From positions 43,374-107,373 of IMG/VR virus record IMGVR_UViG_3300011616_000006: a stretch of 64,000 nt of DNA; one strand, written 5' to 3'. The stretch comes from a virus. Its lineage: Duplodnaviria; Caudoviricetes. The notes under the pieces were generated by a model, which worked only from the letters and a program-made list of their open reading frames with translations, searched no databases and was not told where the DNA came from. Made by a program: the position numbers and the translations under genes. This document shows, in pieces, positions 62,416 to 64,000 of the stretch; positions within the stretch are counted from its first letter, which is position 1, and every line of letters starts with the position of its first letter.

Positions 62416-62994
62416 TATTCCAACACCTCTCATTTTTATGTTAGAATAATATATCATATCCAGAGAAATGTCAAATCCTCATGAAATACTTATTTTAGAG
62501 CACCAGGAGCAAAAAGAAAAAGACCCGTCATAGGTCTTTTTTATTCTTCTACAGGAACAACATCAATTACAACTCCGGTGGACGTACTATATACATCTCC
62601 CAATACTCATAGCTATTTCCGTCTTCATCCAGGATAGGCCTTGAGGCTTTGTATCGTTCCTTCGGCTCTCTCTTTTCAAGCTTCACCCCTCTATAAATCT
62701 TAGATTTCATTTGTTGTTTACTAATCCCTCGGAAAAAGCATACTTCCGCAGTTTGGACAGTATGTAACCTCAATTCTTTGCATATTCCCAGCAATAAACA
62801 TCATCAATTCGCCTTTACCGGCCTCGCCTACGCCGACAAATACACAATTATTATCATCTCTATAGAACAGTGGCTTATCACCGACACAGCAGTCACAACC
62901 GCTGTCAATCACTTTTGCCATAACATCTCCTCTCTCCCCATATTAAATTATAAATCAACTGGTAGTCTTTGACAACTACCAGTCGTATGTATCA

Positions 62995-63889
62995 TTACTG
63001 ACTAATCGTCAGCTGCTGCTGAAACATCTCTGTTGGTGATTGTTCATAAGCCTCACACATAGCACAGAATGACTTAATTACATTCGGCCATTCGCTCTCT
63101 TTAACATGTTGAATATGTGGCTTCTTTCCTTCGGCACGTGCTTTTAAATCCATTCCGTATTTGTATTTCAGCTGCTTATATAACTCATTCCAGACTACAT
63201 GGAACTGCTGCCCTGTCACCGCTGAAAGTCTTCGAATACCTGCGTTCAGTTTACTTCTGTCTTCCCAGTCAAGTATTTCACCGGCCAGGCCCTTATTGTC
63301 TTGCTGCAGCTTAATGATATGCCGGTTCTTGAATTCCATCATCTTTGTGGTTGCTAACATGATCGCAGTCTGATCCCCTGAGGCAAATGCCATTCCAACG
63401 GACAGCATAAGTGAATGTTCTTCATCAATGTCAGCCGTCTTGATCTCCGCAGAAGTTTTTTCTTCGATAAAGTTGAGTACGGATCTCTTTGGCAACTTCC
63501 GAATCACGGAGCAGCATACCTATTCGAAGGATTGCTCGGCGAGGAAACACCTTTAACCCTCGATTAGGAACCTCAATAAGTTGTTTGTTTGGTAGAGTTA
63601 TCAACGTTTTCCCACGAACATGTTCTAAACTTTCAACTTGCAAGTTTAGAAAGCTTTTGTAACCCATATTTTTCATACCATCTTCAACTAGTTCTTCTTT
63701 AAATCTGGTATACACAGCTTCGATAGCTTCTTTCCCTACTTCATAATACTCTGCCAACTGTTTGACACTCATCATCTCTGTCCCGGGGATCAGCAGCAAT
63801 TGCTTTACCTTTTCCAAAACCTCATACCGACCAGAACATTTGTCCCTAAGTTCCCGGCTGCTTAATAAATCTTCATTCATTATTTTCAT
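62995..63889 (-). pseudogene. Antirepressor-like gene interrupted by a frameshift near 63470
   Basis: FPRRAILRIGMLLRDSEVAKEIRTQL continues in another frame as IEEKTS; the downstream half has no SD of its own. Confidence 0.6.
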
Positions 63890-64000
63890 TAAATCTCCTC
63901 CCTATTTAGTCAAGTCTTTTTTCCTTTAAAATAAAGGATTTTTTTATTATATATCTCAGATGAATGAGCCATTGCCATGGATATCTCTCTATATCAAGTA

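Larger units (their letters stand above)
25968..62497. repeat. Dispersed 16-bp junction motif T(A/G)AAA-N6-TTT(C/T)A
   Basis: Exact copies start at 25968, 29101, 31512, 32558, 34596, 47875, 51102, 52093, 53226, 56302, 56749, 61652, 62482; one-mismatch copies at 32303, 33581, 33801, 48747, 49874, 51589, 60352; weaker copies at 55747, 57843, 47655. Confidence 0.8.
19505..64000 (-). mobile_element. Large SPbeta-like temperate prophage, early/replication/regulatory arm (continues beyond window end)
   Basis: Integrase convergent on the tRNA 3' end, visible drop in GC, single-strand gene orientation, DnaE-RecJ-primase-helicase-AAA block, nucleotide metabolism genes and many small ORFs. Confidence 0.9.

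Overview
Low-GC Firmicute chromosome window, probably Lachnospiraceae-like, in three parts. (1) 1-~13.3 kb: left part of a phage-like mobile element inserted at the 3' end of rlmD. It carries a macrolide-inducible, divergent mef/msr pair (leader MTASMRLR), a nucleotidyltransferase, a sigma-70 region-4 regulator and a SNF2/PolA/primase replication module. Three inverted copies of the rlmD 'VDMFPHT' DNA motif sit next to the junction. (2) 13.2-19.5 kb: host genes (rlmD, YbaK/ProX, aminopeptidase P, lpdA, Cof hydrolase, tRNA-Pro). (3) 19.5-64 kb: early, replication and regulatory arm of a large SPbeta-like prophage integrated at tRNA-Pro(GGG), nearly all on the minus strand (integrase, nrdDG, gmk, ThyX-like, ligA, DnaE, RecJ, primase, helicase). 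Main highlights: (a) a complete diversity-generating retroelement (target-avd-TR-RT; 16/16 TR-VR differences at adenines) that diversifies an apparently cytoplasmic early protein rather than a tail fibre; (b) a 16-bp motif T(A/G)AAA-N6-TTT(C/T)A repeated about 20 times at accessory-gene junctions, also bracketing the DGR, which suggests an integron-like cassette system or a dispersed operator; (c) a control region with an MrpR-like repressor, a second tyrosine recombinase, a phage-encoded MazF and a LexA box; (d) recurrent AUA start codons on key genes and several aberrant tRNA-like RNAs. All calls were made by eye; no searches were run.
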